Shown here: positions 1-10,141 of the stretch, piece after piece
How the letters are laid out: every line of letters starts with the position of its first letter
Position numbering within the stretch: position 1 is the stretch's first letter
DNA from: Clostridia bacterium
GTDB taxonomy: Bacteria; Bacillota; Clostridia; Christensenellales; Aristaeellaceae
NCBI GenBank assembly: GCA_017428385.1
Contig: JAFRQX010000036.1
Coordinates: 7,325-71,324 of the forward strand
Direction: 5' to 3'
Length of the DNA stretch: 64,000 bases
Made by a program: the position numbers and the translations under genes
The notes under the pieces: generated by a model
The model's input: the letters and a program-made list of their open reading frames with translations, nothing else
The model's database searches: none
Told to the model about the DNA's origin: nothing

Positions 1-1
1 A

Positions 2-739
2 ACCGCTGCCGGTTCTTCCTGCGTGTTTTTCATGAGGAAAAACCTGAAGCAGAATGTGCAGCGCGCACTGACCGGATTTGCGGGCGGAGTCATGGTCGCG
101 GCTTCCATATGGAGCCTGCTGATCCCGGCAATGCAGCAGTCCGAGGAGATGGGCCGCTGGGCTTTTTTGCCGGCAGCGGCCGGTTTCTGGATCGGCATTC
201 TGTTTCTCCTGCTGCTGGATAAAGTGATTCCGCACCTGCACATGTTCGCGGAAAAAGCGGAAGGCCCCAGGACACGCCTGGCCCGGACCAGCATGATGGT
301 GCTGGCTGTTACGCTGCACAACATTCCGGAAGGAATGGCAGTCGGCGTTGTTTACGCGGGAATGATCTCGGGCTCCGCGGAAATTACCGCAGGCGGCGCG
401 CTGGCACTGGCCCTGGGTATCGCAATCCAGAATTTCCCGGAGGGAGCGATTATTTCCATGCCCCTGCGGGCGGAAGGCAAGGATAAGGGGAAGGCTTTCC
501 TGGACGGTGTGCTGTCCGGAGCGGTGGAACCCATCGGCGCGGTGCTGACCATCCTGGCCGCGTCGCTGATCGTGCCGGCCATGCCTTACCTACTCAGCTT
601 CGCGGCGGGCGCCATGATCTATGTGGTGGTGGAAGAACTGATTCCGGAGATGTCCGCCGGGGAACACTCAGACATCGGGGTGCTGATGTTCTCCCTGGGC
701 TTTACGCTGATGATGGCGCTGGACGTGGCGCTCGGCTAA
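2..739 (+). CDS. zupT: ZIP family divalent metal (Zn/Fe) transporter, 5'-truncated by window edge
   Basis: Frame open from nt 2 (TAAGSSCVFFMRK). ZIP signatures LAVTLHNIPEGMAVG and IAIQNFPEG; multiple TM helices. Confidence 0.9.
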   Translation, partial: TAAGSSCVFFMRKNLKQNVQRALTGFAGGVMVAASIWSLLIPAMQQSEEMGRWAFLPAAAGFWIGILFLLLLDKVIPHLHMFAEKAEGPRTRLARTSMMVLAVTLHNIPEGMAVGVVYAGMISGSAEITAGGALALALGIAIQNFPEGAIISMPLRAEGKDKGKAFLDGVLSGAVEPIGAVLTILAASLIVPAMPYLLSFAAGAMIYVVVEELIPEMSAGEHSDIGVLMFSLGFTLMMALDVALG

Positions 740-930
740 TTCATAATTCTGTGATCGCCGTAACCCATTCTTGCTGCGCCTGCGGCTTGCAATAATGGAC
801 GGCTGTAACATGGGTGTCATTAGTCGCGCTTAAGCGCGAATGACTCCTCAACAATTCAGAATTAAATGTTGACGGCGGGGCTGTCTCTTCTGTCACACCC
901 CTGCCGCGTCGTCCTTTGTATGGATTAACG

Positions 931-965
931 AAAACGCCCGGATCCGTGATGGATCCGGGCGTTGA
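931..965. terminator. Bidirectional intrinsic terminator
   Basis: aaaacgcccggatcc-gtgat-ggatccgggcgtt hairpin between convergent genes. Confidence 0.75.
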
Positions 966-978
966 TTTATGATCAGGA

Positions 979-1524
979 TCAGCCGTGTACCGGCAGGATG
1001 TCCAGGGTGCGCATGAGGTTCAGGCAGTTGTTGATCTGCTCTTCCGTCAGGGCCAGGCCGGGGGCTTCGTCGCCGGCGGTCAGGGTCAGCTCGATTTCAT
1101 GGCCAAGGCATATGGTGTAGAAGTCCAGGAAGTCAGGATCATCACCGGTTTCCCGGACCAGCAGCAGGTCCACACCGGAATCGGTCTTGAACGTATCAAA
1201 GGTGACGGTGTTTTCCTCGCTGAAGCCCATCTTCAGGCGTTCCAGGCTTTCTGCGTCCAGGTCGGACAGCTGGTTCACGCTGGCATAACTTTCATTGAAG
1301 GAAACATAGATGTTCAGGCGGGGCGCAGCGGGGTTTTCACTGACCACAGCGCATTCCATGGTCAGTTCACTCTGGGAAAGGATGGAGAGGTGATAGCCTT
1401 CCGGCAGTACACCGCTGAACTGCATACGGTTCTGGAAATCAATTGAGGTTTTATCCTCCGCAAAGGCGGAAACACAGGTGAGCAGCAGGACTGCGCACAG
1501 CAGAAGGGAAAGCATCTTTTTCAT
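979..1524 (-). CDS. Secreted hypothetical protein
   Basis: ATG at 1524 preceded by AGGAGG. Signal peptide MKKMLSLLLCAVLLLTCVSAFA. Confidence 0.8.
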   Translation of the reverse strand: MKKMLSLLLCAVLLLTCVSAFAEDKTSIDFQNRMQFSGVLPEGYHLSILSQSELTMECAVVSENPAAPRLNIYVSFNESYASVNQLSDLDAESLERLKMGFSEENTVTFDTFKTDSGVDLLLVRETGDDPDFLDFYTICLGHEIELTLTAGDEAPGLALTEEQINNCLNLMRTLDILPVHG

Positions 1525-1555
1525 ACGGGTAATACCTCCTTTTGACGGGATCCGG

Positions 1556-2245
1556 TCAGTACTGACGGACCACATAGTTCTTCATGATGAAGCCGGTGGC
1601 TTCCGTGTTGGGATCCGCAACCTGGTACCAGCTCTGGGTTTCAGCAATGACAGTCAGCTGGGAGCCGGAACGGTAGGTTGCCAGCACTTCAGCATCCTTG
1701 CTGGGGGCCCAGCGCATGTTGACCCAGCCGCTGGCGCGGGAGGGACGAACCTGGACCACGAAGGGTGTGATCAGACGGGCGGTGCGGAATTCCTTGTTCA
1801 GCTCCGCCATGGTATCGGTATATGCGGGAAGAACATTCGGTCTTGCCGTAGGCGCAATTGTAGGAATGGCGGTGGGAATGGGCGTGGGCGTTACGACAAC
1901 CAGGGGAGCCGGCTCAAACCACTGCAGGAAACGGCTCTGGACGTAAGCTTCACCGATCTTATCCCACTTGATGCAGGCCCAGCCGTTATCCAGGAAGCGG
2001 ATAACGCTCAGCTTGGAACCGTAGGGAGCGAGGCCGATGATGTTTTCGCCGACATAGGGCGTACTCCGGACGTTCAGTCCCTGGCCGTTGTCCGTATAGA
2101 CATACATGGTCATGACGGATTGATCCAGATAAGTATAGCTGTTGGGGGAGGACGCGGCCGTACCGATGCCGGATTCAGCAACGGCGGCAGCAAGGCCCAG
2201 CAGCAGAGCCAGCGCAAGCACAAGAGACAGCAGCTTTCTGTTCAT
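1556..2245 (-). CDS. Secreted protein with two bacterial SH3 (SH3b) domains and a Pro/Thr linker
   Basis: Signal peptide; GLNVRSTP...IIG and WVNMRWAPS...GFIM SH3b-like motifs; PTPIPTAIPT linker. Confidence 0.8.
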   Translation of the reverse strand: MNRKLLSLVLALALLLGLAAAVAESGIGTAASSPNSYTYLDQSVMTMYVYTDNGQGLNVRSTPYVGENIIGLAPYGSKLSVIRFLDNGWACIKWDKIGEAYVQSRFLQWFEPAPLVVVTPTPIPTAIPTIAPTARPNVLPAYTDTMAELNKEFRTARLITPFVVQVRPSRASGWVNMRWAPSKDAEVLATYRSGSQLTVIAETQSWYQVADPNTEATGFIMKNYVVRQY

Positions 2246-2483
2246 AAGAAATACCCTCCTTCATGCGGACCGGTTGTCAGTGTTATCCGACAGGATTTGT
2301 ATCCTTCCGGATATACCGATTATACCAAAAAAACGCGGGAGGGGGGAATTTTATTCCCGGAATAAAATTTCAATTCACAATTCATAATTATATGGATCTT
2401 TCTACAGGAGTTGTTCCGGATAGGTTGAAGGTTAATGAGTGAAAAGTGAAGAGTTGCGGCTACGGCCGCGGAGCAATCCTGCG

Positions 2484-2513
2484 TTGACAAAACAGGGGGA
2501 ATTGGAATATAGT
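2484..2513 (+). promoter_or_regulatory. Sigma-A-like promoter of esterase gene
   Basis: TTGACA-18-TATAGT upstream of the AGGAGG RBS. Confidence 0.5.
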
Positions 2514-2584
2514 AGGAGCAACAAGTTGTCCGTACATATTTGGACGACAAAGCGCAAGCTCAACAGCATAAGGAGGGAAATTCC

Positions 2585-3670
2585 ATGGAACAGAAATGGC
2601 CGTTGGACGTAACGGTTTCATTCGATCCGTATTTCGGTGAACCCAGCCGGGACGGCATCCAGGGCGCGGAGGTCCTGCCGGACGGAAAGGTGCACTTCAG
2701 GGTTATCGCCAAGGACGCAAAAGAGGTTGTGATCGACCGGTTCGGAACCATTTTCCCGCTTTCCAAAGTGGAAGACGGGGCGTGGGAAGGAACCTTTGAT
2801 ATGGGAACCGGCTTCCTGTATTTCTTCCTGAAGGTGGACGGCGCGGACGTGTTGTGCCCCTACATGCCCATCGGATACGGCTGCTGCCGCCCGATGAACT
2901 TTGTGGACGTGCCCGTGGCCGATATGGAAGGCTGGGACGACCTGGAAGGTGTGGAACACGGCGCGGTGACCCGTCGCTACTTCTACTCTACGGTGACCGG
3001 CAAGACGGAAATCTGCCTGGTGTGGACGCCGCCGGCCTATGATCCCGCAAAGGCCTATCCGGTGCTGTACCTGCAGCACGGCTACGGCGAGAACGAGACC
3101 GGCTGGATCTACCAGGGACATGCCGGCCGGATCGCCGACAGGCTGCTGGCGGAAGGCAAGATGGAAGAGATGATCATCGTCATGGGCAACGGCATGGCAA
3201 AGCCCAAAGACGAAAGCCAGCCCCGGGATTTTGCCCTGTTCCCGAACATCGTGGTAAAGGACCTGATCCCCTACATTGAGAAGAACTACAAGGTGCTGAC
3301 GGACAAATGGCACCGGGCTATGGCCGGCCTGAGCATGGGCAGCTTCCACACCAGCGTGACCACGCTGACGAATCCGGACCTGTTCGGCTACGCGGGCCTG
3401 TTCAGCGGCTTCCTCCGGGCTCCGTGGAATCCGGATGAGGAAATGCCCCACATGAAACTGCTGCATGAAGCGGATAAGTTCAACGAGAGCTTCAAGGTGT
3501 TCTACCGCGCCATGGGCACGGAAGATACCTACTGGGAAGCCTTTGACAAGGACGACGCCTACCTGGCGGACAAGCCCCTGAACATTACCCGGGAAACCTT
3601 CCCCGGCGGACATGACTGGACGGTGTGGCGCCGCTGCATCCGCTCCTTCCTGCCCAGACTGTTCAAATAA
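2585..3670 (+). CDS. CE1-like esterase (alpha/beta hydrolase, N-terminal CBM48-like Ig domain; feruloyl/acetyl esterase family)
   Basis: YPVLYLQHG, RAMAGLSMG nucleophile elbow, GGHDW catalytic His. RBS AGGAGG before ATG 2585. Confidence 0.85.
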   Translation: MEQKWPLDVTVSFDPYFGEPSRDGIQGAEVLPDGKVHFRVIAKDAKEVVIDRFGTIFPLSKVEDGAWEGTFDMGTGFLYFFLKVDGADVLCPYMPIGYGCCRPMNFVDVPVADMEGWDDLEGVEHGAVTRRYFYSTVTGKTEICLVWTPPAYDPAKAYPVLYLQHGYGENETGWIYQGHAGRIADRLLAEGKMEEMIIVMGNGMAKPKDESQPRDFALFPNIVVKDLIPYIEKNYKVLTDKWHRAMAGLSMGSFHTSVTTLTNPDLFGYAGLFSGFLRAPWNPDEEMPHMKLLHEADKFNESFKVFYRAMGTEDTYWEAFDKDDAYLADKPLNITRETFPGGHDWTVWRRCIRSFLPRLFK

Positions 3671-3718
3671 GGCAATGCAAAAAGGAGCCAGAGCGGCTCC
3701 CGTATAAGCTGATTTCTG

Positions 3719-3752
3719 AAAAATGTCATGACCTTCAGGTCATGACATTTTT
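3719..3752. terminator. Bidirectional intrinsic terminator
   Basis: aaaaatgtcatgacc-ttca-ggtcatgacattttt perfect stem with A/T tails. Confidence 0.85.
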
Positions 3753-4628
3753 TCTGACGTATTGTGCACAGGCTTTATAGTTTTCCTTGTATTTTTCCGG
3801 GAGTTCTTCTTCAGAGATTTTTTCGACCAGCGGGGCAGGGACATGACGGTGCGCGTCGTAAATGTTGATATAATCATGATAGCGGACAGCGTTACTGTCC
3901 AGGGGAATGACATAGTATTCAGTGCAGGGCTGATCTTCGAACACAAAAACAATACCGAAGCATTCCTCTCCATCCCGGTATCTGACCCTGACTGCATCGC
4001 CGTGCCGGACAAACAAGGGAAACAGAACATCATAGCAGCGGACACAGAGCCGGTTGCATTCCGAACAGTCCCACTCGGGGCCGCAGCCTTCCGCCAGATG
4101 GGAATAATCATATAAATCCACCGAATCAACCTTCATTCCCGGAAGCAGGACAAGCTCACCGAGTTCATCCTCGGAAAACGTCATGTCTCCTGACATGACA
4201 CGGCGCTTGGCGATTGTATAGCATGTGGAGGCAGTCTCGTGGTCATTATACTGCTGATAAAACAGCGGAATGGTTCGGAGAGCGTCATCATAAGACCTGC
4301 AGAGATACCTTTCATCGTACGCATGCGGGGTTGTCTTGATATGCAATTCATATACCGCTTCTTCATCCGGCTTTATAAAGTTGTCCAGCATGAAACGCTG
4401 CGCATGAACGAGTTTGGAAGTATATTCCTTCAGTTCCCCGGAAAAACATTGCTCAAGCTCCTGAAGGAGCGCAATCCTTTCCTCGTAATCTGCTGCGTAC
4501 TTCCAGACGATCGCTAACAAATCCATATCAGAAAACCGGCAGTCTGACAGGCTGATCTGCTTTTTCAGTGTGGAGGACGGGAGAAGAGACAGGATTTTAT
4601 TCCGAAGCATATCAGTCACAGCAATCAC
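3735..4628 (-). CDS. Hypothetical protein with a Cys cluster (CxxxxxCxxCxxxCxxC)
   Basis: 297-aa ORF, GTG start after AGAGG; no family recognised. Confidence 0.7.
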   Translation of the reverse strand: MIAVTDMLRNKILSLLPSSTLKKQISLSDCRFSDMDLLAIVWKYAADYEERIALLQELEQCFSGELKEYTSKLVHAQRFMLDNFIKPDEEAVYELHIKTTPHAYDERYLCRSYDDALRTIPLFYQQYNDHETASTCYTIAKRRVMSGDMTFSEDELGELVLLPGMKVDSVDLYDYSHLAEGCGPEWDCSECNRLCVRCYDVLFPLFVRHGDAVRVRYRDGEECFGIVFVFEDQPCTEYYVIPLDSNAVRYHDYINIYDAHRHVPAPLVEKISEEELPEKYKENYKACAQYVRKNVMT

Positions 4629-4739
4629 CTCTTTGGGCAGAACAGCATTGATAGCTGCATTTTAGCATAAGGGACAGGGTTTTACAAAAATATCCCGTAC
4701 AGCTGTACAGCAGTACGGGATTGCTTGTCAGGATCAGCC

Positions 4740-5423
4740 TTAGTTGTTGCCCGGGTTGATGTAGATGACCTGGGGCGTGGCCTGCGGCGCGGCGGGGGCC
4801 GGTTCGGGCGTCACAAACACCAGGATCGGGGTGGGTGTCGGCTCCGCGGCGGGCTGCTGCATGATGTAGATCACCTGCGGGGTGGGAGCGGCTGCTTCCG
4901 GCGGGTTGATGATGTTGATCACATCGGAAGCCGACTCGGAAGCCGCGGCGGTGTGGGTGCTCACTTCCGCCTCGTAGGAATAGGGATCCTCATGCAGGAT
5001 CACATGATCCGTGTTGAGCAGATCGGAGCGGATGTAGCCCAGGGTGCCATTGGCCAGCTGGACAGCGTACCAGATTTCCCCGGAGCTGTTCTTGACCCGG
5101 GCGGTGACGGTGAATTCCGTGCCGGCAGATTTGATCCGCATGACCCGGGTAGCATGGATGCTGGGCTGCGAGCGGACATTGACCTGCTTGATGGCGGTAT
5201 AGCACCAGCCTTCCGCAGGCATGGACTCGATCATCGTTTCAGCCTGGCGGACCACCACGCGGGTTTTCGTAACCACCGGGGGATAAAGCTCCCACCAGGG
5301 ATAGTTTATACTGACCGGATCAGGTACGGTATAATCCTCCGAATCGGCAGAGGCAGGCAGGATGACCGCGGCTATTACCAGAACAGACAGGACAAGACAC
5401 AGCCGGAACAGGAAAGATTTCAT
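4740..5423 (-). CDS. Secreted SH3b-domain protein with Pro-rich tail
   Basis: Signal peptide; VNVRSQPS...WYAVQLANGTLGYIRSDLL SH3b motif. Confidence 0.8.
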   Translation of the reverse strand: MKSFLFRLCLVLSVLVIAAVILPASADSEDYTVPDPVSINYPWWELYPPVVTKTRVVVRQAETMIESMPAEGWCYTAIKQVNVRSQPSIHATRVMRIKSAGTEFTVTARVKNSSGEIWYAVQLANGTLGYIRSDLLNTDHVILHEDPYSYEAEVSTHTAAASESASDVINIINPPEAAAPTPQVIYIMQQPAAEPTPTPILVFVTPEPAPAAPQATPQVIYINPGNN

Positions 5424-5568
5424 GTTCACCGTCTCCAATTCTTTCTATTTCATGATGTACAGGCTCATCCTCTATTTTAAAATGCGGCGGTGACATCTGT
5501 CAACCGCCACATGTTGTGGGACAAGGGTTTGAGGGCTACACAGTCATGAAAAAAACGGAAATACGGGA

Positions 5569-5961
5569 TCAGAAGTTCACGGTCCGGGGAGCGGAAGTGA
5601 AGGAGGAGAAAGTAGCGGTCGCATCCTCGAAATACAGGACTTCCGTATTGTCATCCTCGGCGGAATACATGGCCTGCAGGGCAGGATACTGCTCCAGCAT
5701 GTGCTTTTTCGCTTCGATCCGGTCGTCACGGATCAGCTTGCCGGCCACGCGGACCCAGGTGCCATCCGCAAAGGCGCAGATTTCAGCCTTCGGATTGGCC
5801 TGGAGCTGCTTGGAGACGGGCTTGATTTTACCGGTCTGGATGTACAGTTTGCCTTCGAAAATATCCACGGTGCCGAAAGGACGAACGCGGGGCTGATCGC
5901 CTTCGACAGTCGCCAGGTAATAGGTACCGCACTTTTTCAGGAATTCATAGACTTCGTTCAT
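5569..5961 (-). CDS. Pyridoxamine 5'-phosphate oxidase-like (NimA/NimC-like) flavin-binding protein
   Basis: YYLATVEGDQPRVRPFG...KQLQANPKAEIC motif; AGGAGG RBS. Confidence 0.85.
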   Translation of the reverse strand: MNEVYEFLKKCGTYYLATVEGDQPRVRPFGTVDIFEGKLYIQTGKIKPVSKQLQANPKAEICAFADGTWVRVAGKLIRDDRIEAKKHMLEQYPALQAMYSAEDDNTEVLYFEDATATFSSFTSAPRTVNF

Positions 5962-6031
5962 AACAGTTTACCTCCTGTTCTTTGGTGAAAATATTATACG
6001 ATGAGGAAGAGGAAAAAGGCAATGAATAATC

Positions 6032-6330
6032 AAATTCACAATTCATAATTCATAATTCATAATGGCGGAGGAAATCCTTTCCGGATGGAAAGGGTTTCTT
6101 TTGAATGAAATGGATTGGACAGTGGAGGCTGAGGAGAGCAGGAACGTGACAAAGGGACAGACCAAACTGTCATCATTCCAAAGGAACGTGACAGTTGGTC
6201 TGTCCCTGTTGTCACATTCCGCCAGACTGGATGGTTTTTGCGCTTAACAGACAGTGGAGGCTGAGGTGAGCAGAAGACGATTGGCAGTTGAGTAAATCAT
6301 TATGAATTGTGAATTATGAATTATGAATTA
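6032..6330. repeat. Mosaic intergenic repeat (AATTCAT/ATGAATT heptamer arrays flanking a GGGACAG..CTGTCCC long hairpin)
   Basis: Inverted heptamer arrays at both ends. Hairpin 6146-6215 recurs at 16745-16812; 19 bp gagtaaatcattatgaatt recurs at 22178-22196. Confidence 0.85.
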
Positions 6331-6369
6331 AAAACCTCTCCGGGAAGGATCCCGAAGAGGTTGGTTTAT

Positions 6370-7365
6370 TTAGTTCTCAATCCGGACGTCGCCGGAGGTG
6401 GTATCAATACGCAGGCGGGCACTGCCGTCGCCGTAGACGTACTTGTCTTCGCTCTTGATTTCCATGGGCAGGCTGGTGTGGAGCCGGCTGGGCTTGGCGT
6501 CAAGGTCAAGGGTGAAACCGGGAGCGTTGGGCAGCTTCAGGGTGATGTTGCCGGAAGTGGCGTCCAGATCCAGGTCTTTGAAGGACTGCATGGTTACGGT
6601 CATGTCGCCGCTGGTGGAGTCGAACTCCGCATTGTCCGCGGAGGCCAGGTCCGCAAGGATCGTGCCGGAGGTGGAATCCAGATGGAGCTTTTTCACATCC
6701 CCGGAAAGGGTGATGTTAAGGCCGCCGGAAGTTGATTTCATATCAACGTTTTCAGCGGAGGCGGCGGTGAAGGTGATATTGCCGGAGGTGGAACCGAGGA
6801 CCGCGCTGCGGATATCTCCGTCCTGCCGGATTTCCATATCACCGGAGGTGGAGGAAGCGTCCAGCTTCTTAGTGCTGATTTCCGCTTTCACATTGCCGGA
6901 AGTAGTGTCGAAGCGGACTTCATCCGCATCCAGCTTCGGGACGTTCACATCGGCGGAGGTCACGTCGATATTCGATTTTTTCAGCGCGGTGCCTTCCGGC
7001 AGGGACACGGTCAGGACCTTGTTCAGGTTGAAGTGTATATTCAGGCCGGGTTTGCAGTAACGTACGCGCAGGGTGTTTCCGTCCATCCACCAGCGGAGTT
7101 TTTCATCTTCGGAAAGAGTCCGGTTGGCGGTTTCAGAGACGGTGACGCCGGAACCGGCATGATATTCCAGATTGACGGCGCCGGAGGTCCATTCAATATC
7201 CAGATTCTCCACAGCGGAGGAAATTTCGGTATCGCCGGCGGTATACTGGTCCGCGTTCGCGAAGGTGGACAGGCCGAGGCTGTCGCCGAAGACCAGGAAG
7301 CAGCTGCCGGCCAGCAGAACCAGGACAACGAACAGGGCACCGATCATCATTTTTGACTTATTCAT
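6370..7365 (-). CDS. DUF4097-type beta-strand repeat (adhesin-like) membrane-anchored protein
   Basis: N-terminal TM helix; many TTSG/STSG repeats. Confidence 0.85.
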   Translation of the reverse strand: MNKSKMMIGALFVVLVLLAGSCFLVFGDSLGLSTFANADQYTAGDTEISSAVENLDIEWTSGAVNLEYHAGSGVTVSETANRTLSEDEKLRWWMDGNTLRVRYCKPGLNIHFNLNKVLTVSLPEGTALKKSNIDVTSADVNVPKLDADEVRFDTTSGNVKAEISTKKLDASSTSGDMEIRQDGDIRSAVLGSTSGNITFTAASAENVDMKSTSGGLNITLSGDVKKLHLDSTSGTILADLASADNAEFDSTSGDMTVTMQSFKDLDLDATSGNITLKLPNAPGFTLDLDAKPSRLHTSLPMEIKSEDKYVYGDGSARLRIDTTSGDVRIEN

Positions 7366-7370
7366 GGTTA

Positions 7371-8114
7371 TTACTCCTCTTCTTTAAAAGACTTAATCGC
7401 GGAATACAGCAGCCAGGCACCGCCGACGCACAGGGCGCCCAGGGAAATGGTTGAGAAGATGCTTTTAGTCCGCAGGGTGATCATATTCATCATGTTGGCA
7501 AACAGGATCAGGTCCACAGCACCTACGATAATCCAGCGGTTGAAGCCGCCGATGAAAGCGCGGACCGGTTCGGCGCGGAGCATAAAGGGCAGGCCGACCA
7601 GCGCGGCGGCGAACAGGAACGAGGAGGCGGCCAGGAAGAACCAATCACCATGGGAATAGAAGCAGGAAACCGCCAGGGTAAACAGGATGCTGAGAACGAA
7701 AGCACAGAAGGACCAGAAGAGCTTGTTCTTCGGCACCATGAGGGGAACCAGGGTCCAGGAGGCCACGATGGCCAGGCCGCCGAGCACCAGGTAGAACCAG
7801 GACAGCGAACTGCCGGTGGCCATGTTGACAATAAAGCAGATGAGAATCGGAACCATAAACAGGCCGGAGACCACGGAGCCGACGGTGGCACTGCGGCGCT
7901 TGAAGCGTTTTGCCTGATATTCAATCACTTGATCTTTTTCCTCCTTCAGATTGTTTTCTATTTCATTTTTCCGGAGTTTTTCCAGGACGGCAGAGCACTC
8001 CGGACAATCGTGAAGGTGTTCCTCGATGAGTTCACGGCTGGTTTGGCTGCAGACATCATCAGCGTAAAGCGGAAGCAGATCACGGATTACTTCGCACTCT
8101 TTATTCATGTTCAT
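7371..8114 (-). CDS. zf-HC2 zinc-binding anti-sigma factor with multiple TM helices
   Basis: CEVIRDLLPLY...HLHDCPEC (HxxxCxxC) motif; downstream of ECF sigma. Confidence 0.9.
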   Translation of the reverse strand: MNMNKECEVIRDLLPLYADDVCSQTSRELIEEHLHDCPECSAVLEKLRKNEIENNLKEEKDQVIEYQAKRFKRRSATVGSVVSGLFMVPILICFIVNMATGSSLSWFYLVLGGLAIVASWTLVPLMVPKNKLFWSFCAFVLSILFTLAVSCFYSHGDWFFLAASSFLFAAALVGLPFMLRAEPVRAFIGGFNRWIIVGAVDLILFANMMNMITLRTKSIFSTISLGALCVGGAWLLYSAIKSFKEEE

Positions 8115-8589
8115 CCATCCTTTCCATCAGTTTCAGTTTGGCGCGATGATATGTGACCCGGGCCCAGTTTTCTGTCTTGCCGAAGATGGTACCGATCTGG
8201 CTGAAGGACAGTTCACCGAAGACCCGCAGCTCGAAGACTTCCCGGTAGGGCTCGTCCAGGGCGTGGAGCGCGGTGTGGATCCGGAAGGAAGAATCCTTGT
8301 CCGTGATCTGCTGCTCAATGCTCTTTCCCGCGGCGGGAAGCTCCTCGGGGATCGGAGCGGTTTTGTTCCGGCGGCGCGTCTCGTCCACGAAGCAGTTCTT
8401 CGCGATGGCGCACAGCCAGGTGACCTCGTCCGATTCATTCCGGAAGGAGGAAGCTTTTGAGAAGGCTTTGAAGAATGCTTCCTGGGTGATTTCCTCGGCC
8501 GTGTGCCGGTCGCCGGCCATCGTCATCACATAGGAGAAAACCCGCATGTAGTAAGTGTTGTAAAGCCTCTCGCAGGTTTCGTTGTTCAC
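8101..8589 (-). CDS. ECF RNA polymerase sigma factor
   Basis: AEEITQEAF region 2; TWLCAIAKN; region 4 ELSFSQIG...ARVTYHRAK. Confidence 0.93.
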   Translation of the reverse strand: MNNETCERLYNTYYMRVFSYVMTMAGDRHTAEEITQEAFFKAFSKASSFRNESDEVTWLCAIAKNCFVDETRRRNKTAPIPEELPAAGKSIEQQITDKDSSFRIHTALHALDEPYREVFELRVFGELSFSQIGTIFGKTENWARVTYHRAKLKLMERMDEHE

Positions 8590-8623
8590 ACATCATCACC
8601 TCCTTCCCGATTTTTTACATGGA

Positions 8624-8652
8624 TTAGACGGAGTAATCCGGATTTCGTTACA
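8624..8652 (-). promoter_or_regulatory. ECF-type autoregulatory promoter
   Basis: TGTAAC-N16-CGTCTAA on minus strand, upstream of the sigma gene. Confidence 0.7.
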
Positions 8653-8838
8653 GAAAAAAATAAAAAAATTTTCAGGAATTTTTTCGCCGGGAGAAACGCG
8701 GCCGGCGACCGTGTTTTCCGAGCGGTTCCGGGACGATTTTACCGCAGGATGAATACTGTGTCCATATGGGAAGATTTGCGATTCCTCCATCGTATGATAT
8801 GATAGTGAAAAACCCGATCCACGAAGGGAGACCGAGAA

Positions 8839-10137
8839 ATGAAGAGCCTGTTTCCTGCCATCCGCCGCTGGCACATTGCGGCGATCCTGACAGCAGTGCT
8901 GGTTTTGCTGGCCGGGGCCGCACTGGCGGACGGTCCGCATACGGTGATGCTGAAATGCGGCGGAAACGGCTTTGTGGGCACGGACAAAAAGGGAACCCAG
9001 AAAAGCATCGTGATCGATCCGGCCACCAGCGTCTCCACAGAGGATGATGAGGAGACCTATACGCTGGAGGAGCTGAAGAACCTGCCGGACTTCCGGCTGG
9101 AGGGCGCCGCGCTGCGCTTTACGGTCAGCAGCTTCTTTGGAGACGAGCTGAGCTACACGCTGGTATGCGGGAAAACCTTCGCTGAGCCCCAGAAGGTGAT
9201 GACCGGACGGAACCTGTGGGACGTGACGGACGTGATCTCCGCCTGGCTGGAAGAAGGAAAGACGGAACTGAAGATCAGCCCCGTATTCAAGCAGGGCCCC
9301 TGGGGAATGAGGATCCAGGACGGAACGGTTTACCTGCAGCTGTGCTTTACCACATCCGCAAAGCTGCCGGATTTCCCGCGGGACAAGGTGCAGACCGGCC
9401 TGATCTATGAATCCAGCCTGAGCATGCTGGAAGAAGGAAACACTTTCGTGGCGCACTATGACGAGACGGCGGGCAGCCTGATGCAGGTGTCCCTGCCGCT
9501 GGGTGTGCCATACTATTACGCCGGAGGCACCGAAGACAAGTTCCTCAGGCGCTTTTTCCCGAGCACAACCACGCGTTATTACCGGGAAGACCATATGTAC
9601 CTGTGCGGGCTGGACTGCGTGGGCATGACGCACCTGGTTTACGAAAAATGCGGGCTGGAGCGGCATCCGTCCATCTCAGACCTGCTGCGCCACGGCATCG
9701 GCCATGACCTGATGGTCAAAAATGACCCGATGAAATGGTCAGCGTTCCTGAAACCCGGGGATCTTGTCGCGGTGAAGCACGGTACCTTCCATATCATGAT
9801 GTACCTGGGGACACTCCGGCAGTTCGGCTGGACAGAAAAAACAGCAGGGGAAGCGCTTCCCCTGCTGGATGCTCCGCTGGTGATCCACTGCGGCGGAGAT
9901 CCGTTCTACTATGAACGGTATGAGAAGTTTATTGAGGAACAGGGCTACAGAAACACCCTGCCGCCGGACGGAGGCGTGACGGTTTCCGTGATCATGGAAA
10001 CAAACGCAGATGCCCCGCACAGCACGGACGTTTCCTGGGGAAAACACTTCGGCTGGTACATGATCGACAACCAGCCCCTGCTGGTTTTCCCGCTGGACGA
10101 CTGCACGGACATGGCCTGGTACGGACCGGAGAAATAA
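8839..10137 (+). CDS. Secreted protein with DNRLRE-like N-terminal region and NlpC/P60-like C-terminal domain
   Basis: Signal peptide; WDVTDVISAWL; YYYAGG...GLDCVG...PGDLV...HIMMYLG (catalytic Cys/His pattern). Confidence 0.65.
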   Translation: MKSLFPAIRRWHIAAILTAVLVLLAGAALADGPHTVMLKCGGNGFVGTDKKGTQKSIVIDPATSVSTEDDEETYTLEELKNLPDFRLEGAALRFTVSSFFGDELSYTLVCGKTFAEPQKVMTGRNLWDVTDVISAWLEEGKTELKISPVFKQGPWGMRIQDGTVYLQLCFTTSAKLPDFPRDKVQTGLIYESSLSMLEEGNTFVAHYDETAGSLMQVSLPLGVPYYYAGGTEDKFLRRFFPSTTTRYYREDHMYLCGLDCVGMTHLVYEKCGLERHPSISDLLRHGIGHDLMVKNDPMKWSAFLKPGDLVAVKHGTFHIMMYLGTLRQFGWTEKTAGEALPLLDAPLVIHCGGDPFYYERYEKFIEEQGYRNTLPPDGGVTVSVIMETNADAPHSTDVSWGKHFGWYMIDNQPLLVFPLDDCTDMAWYGPEK

Positions 10138-10141
10138 AAGC

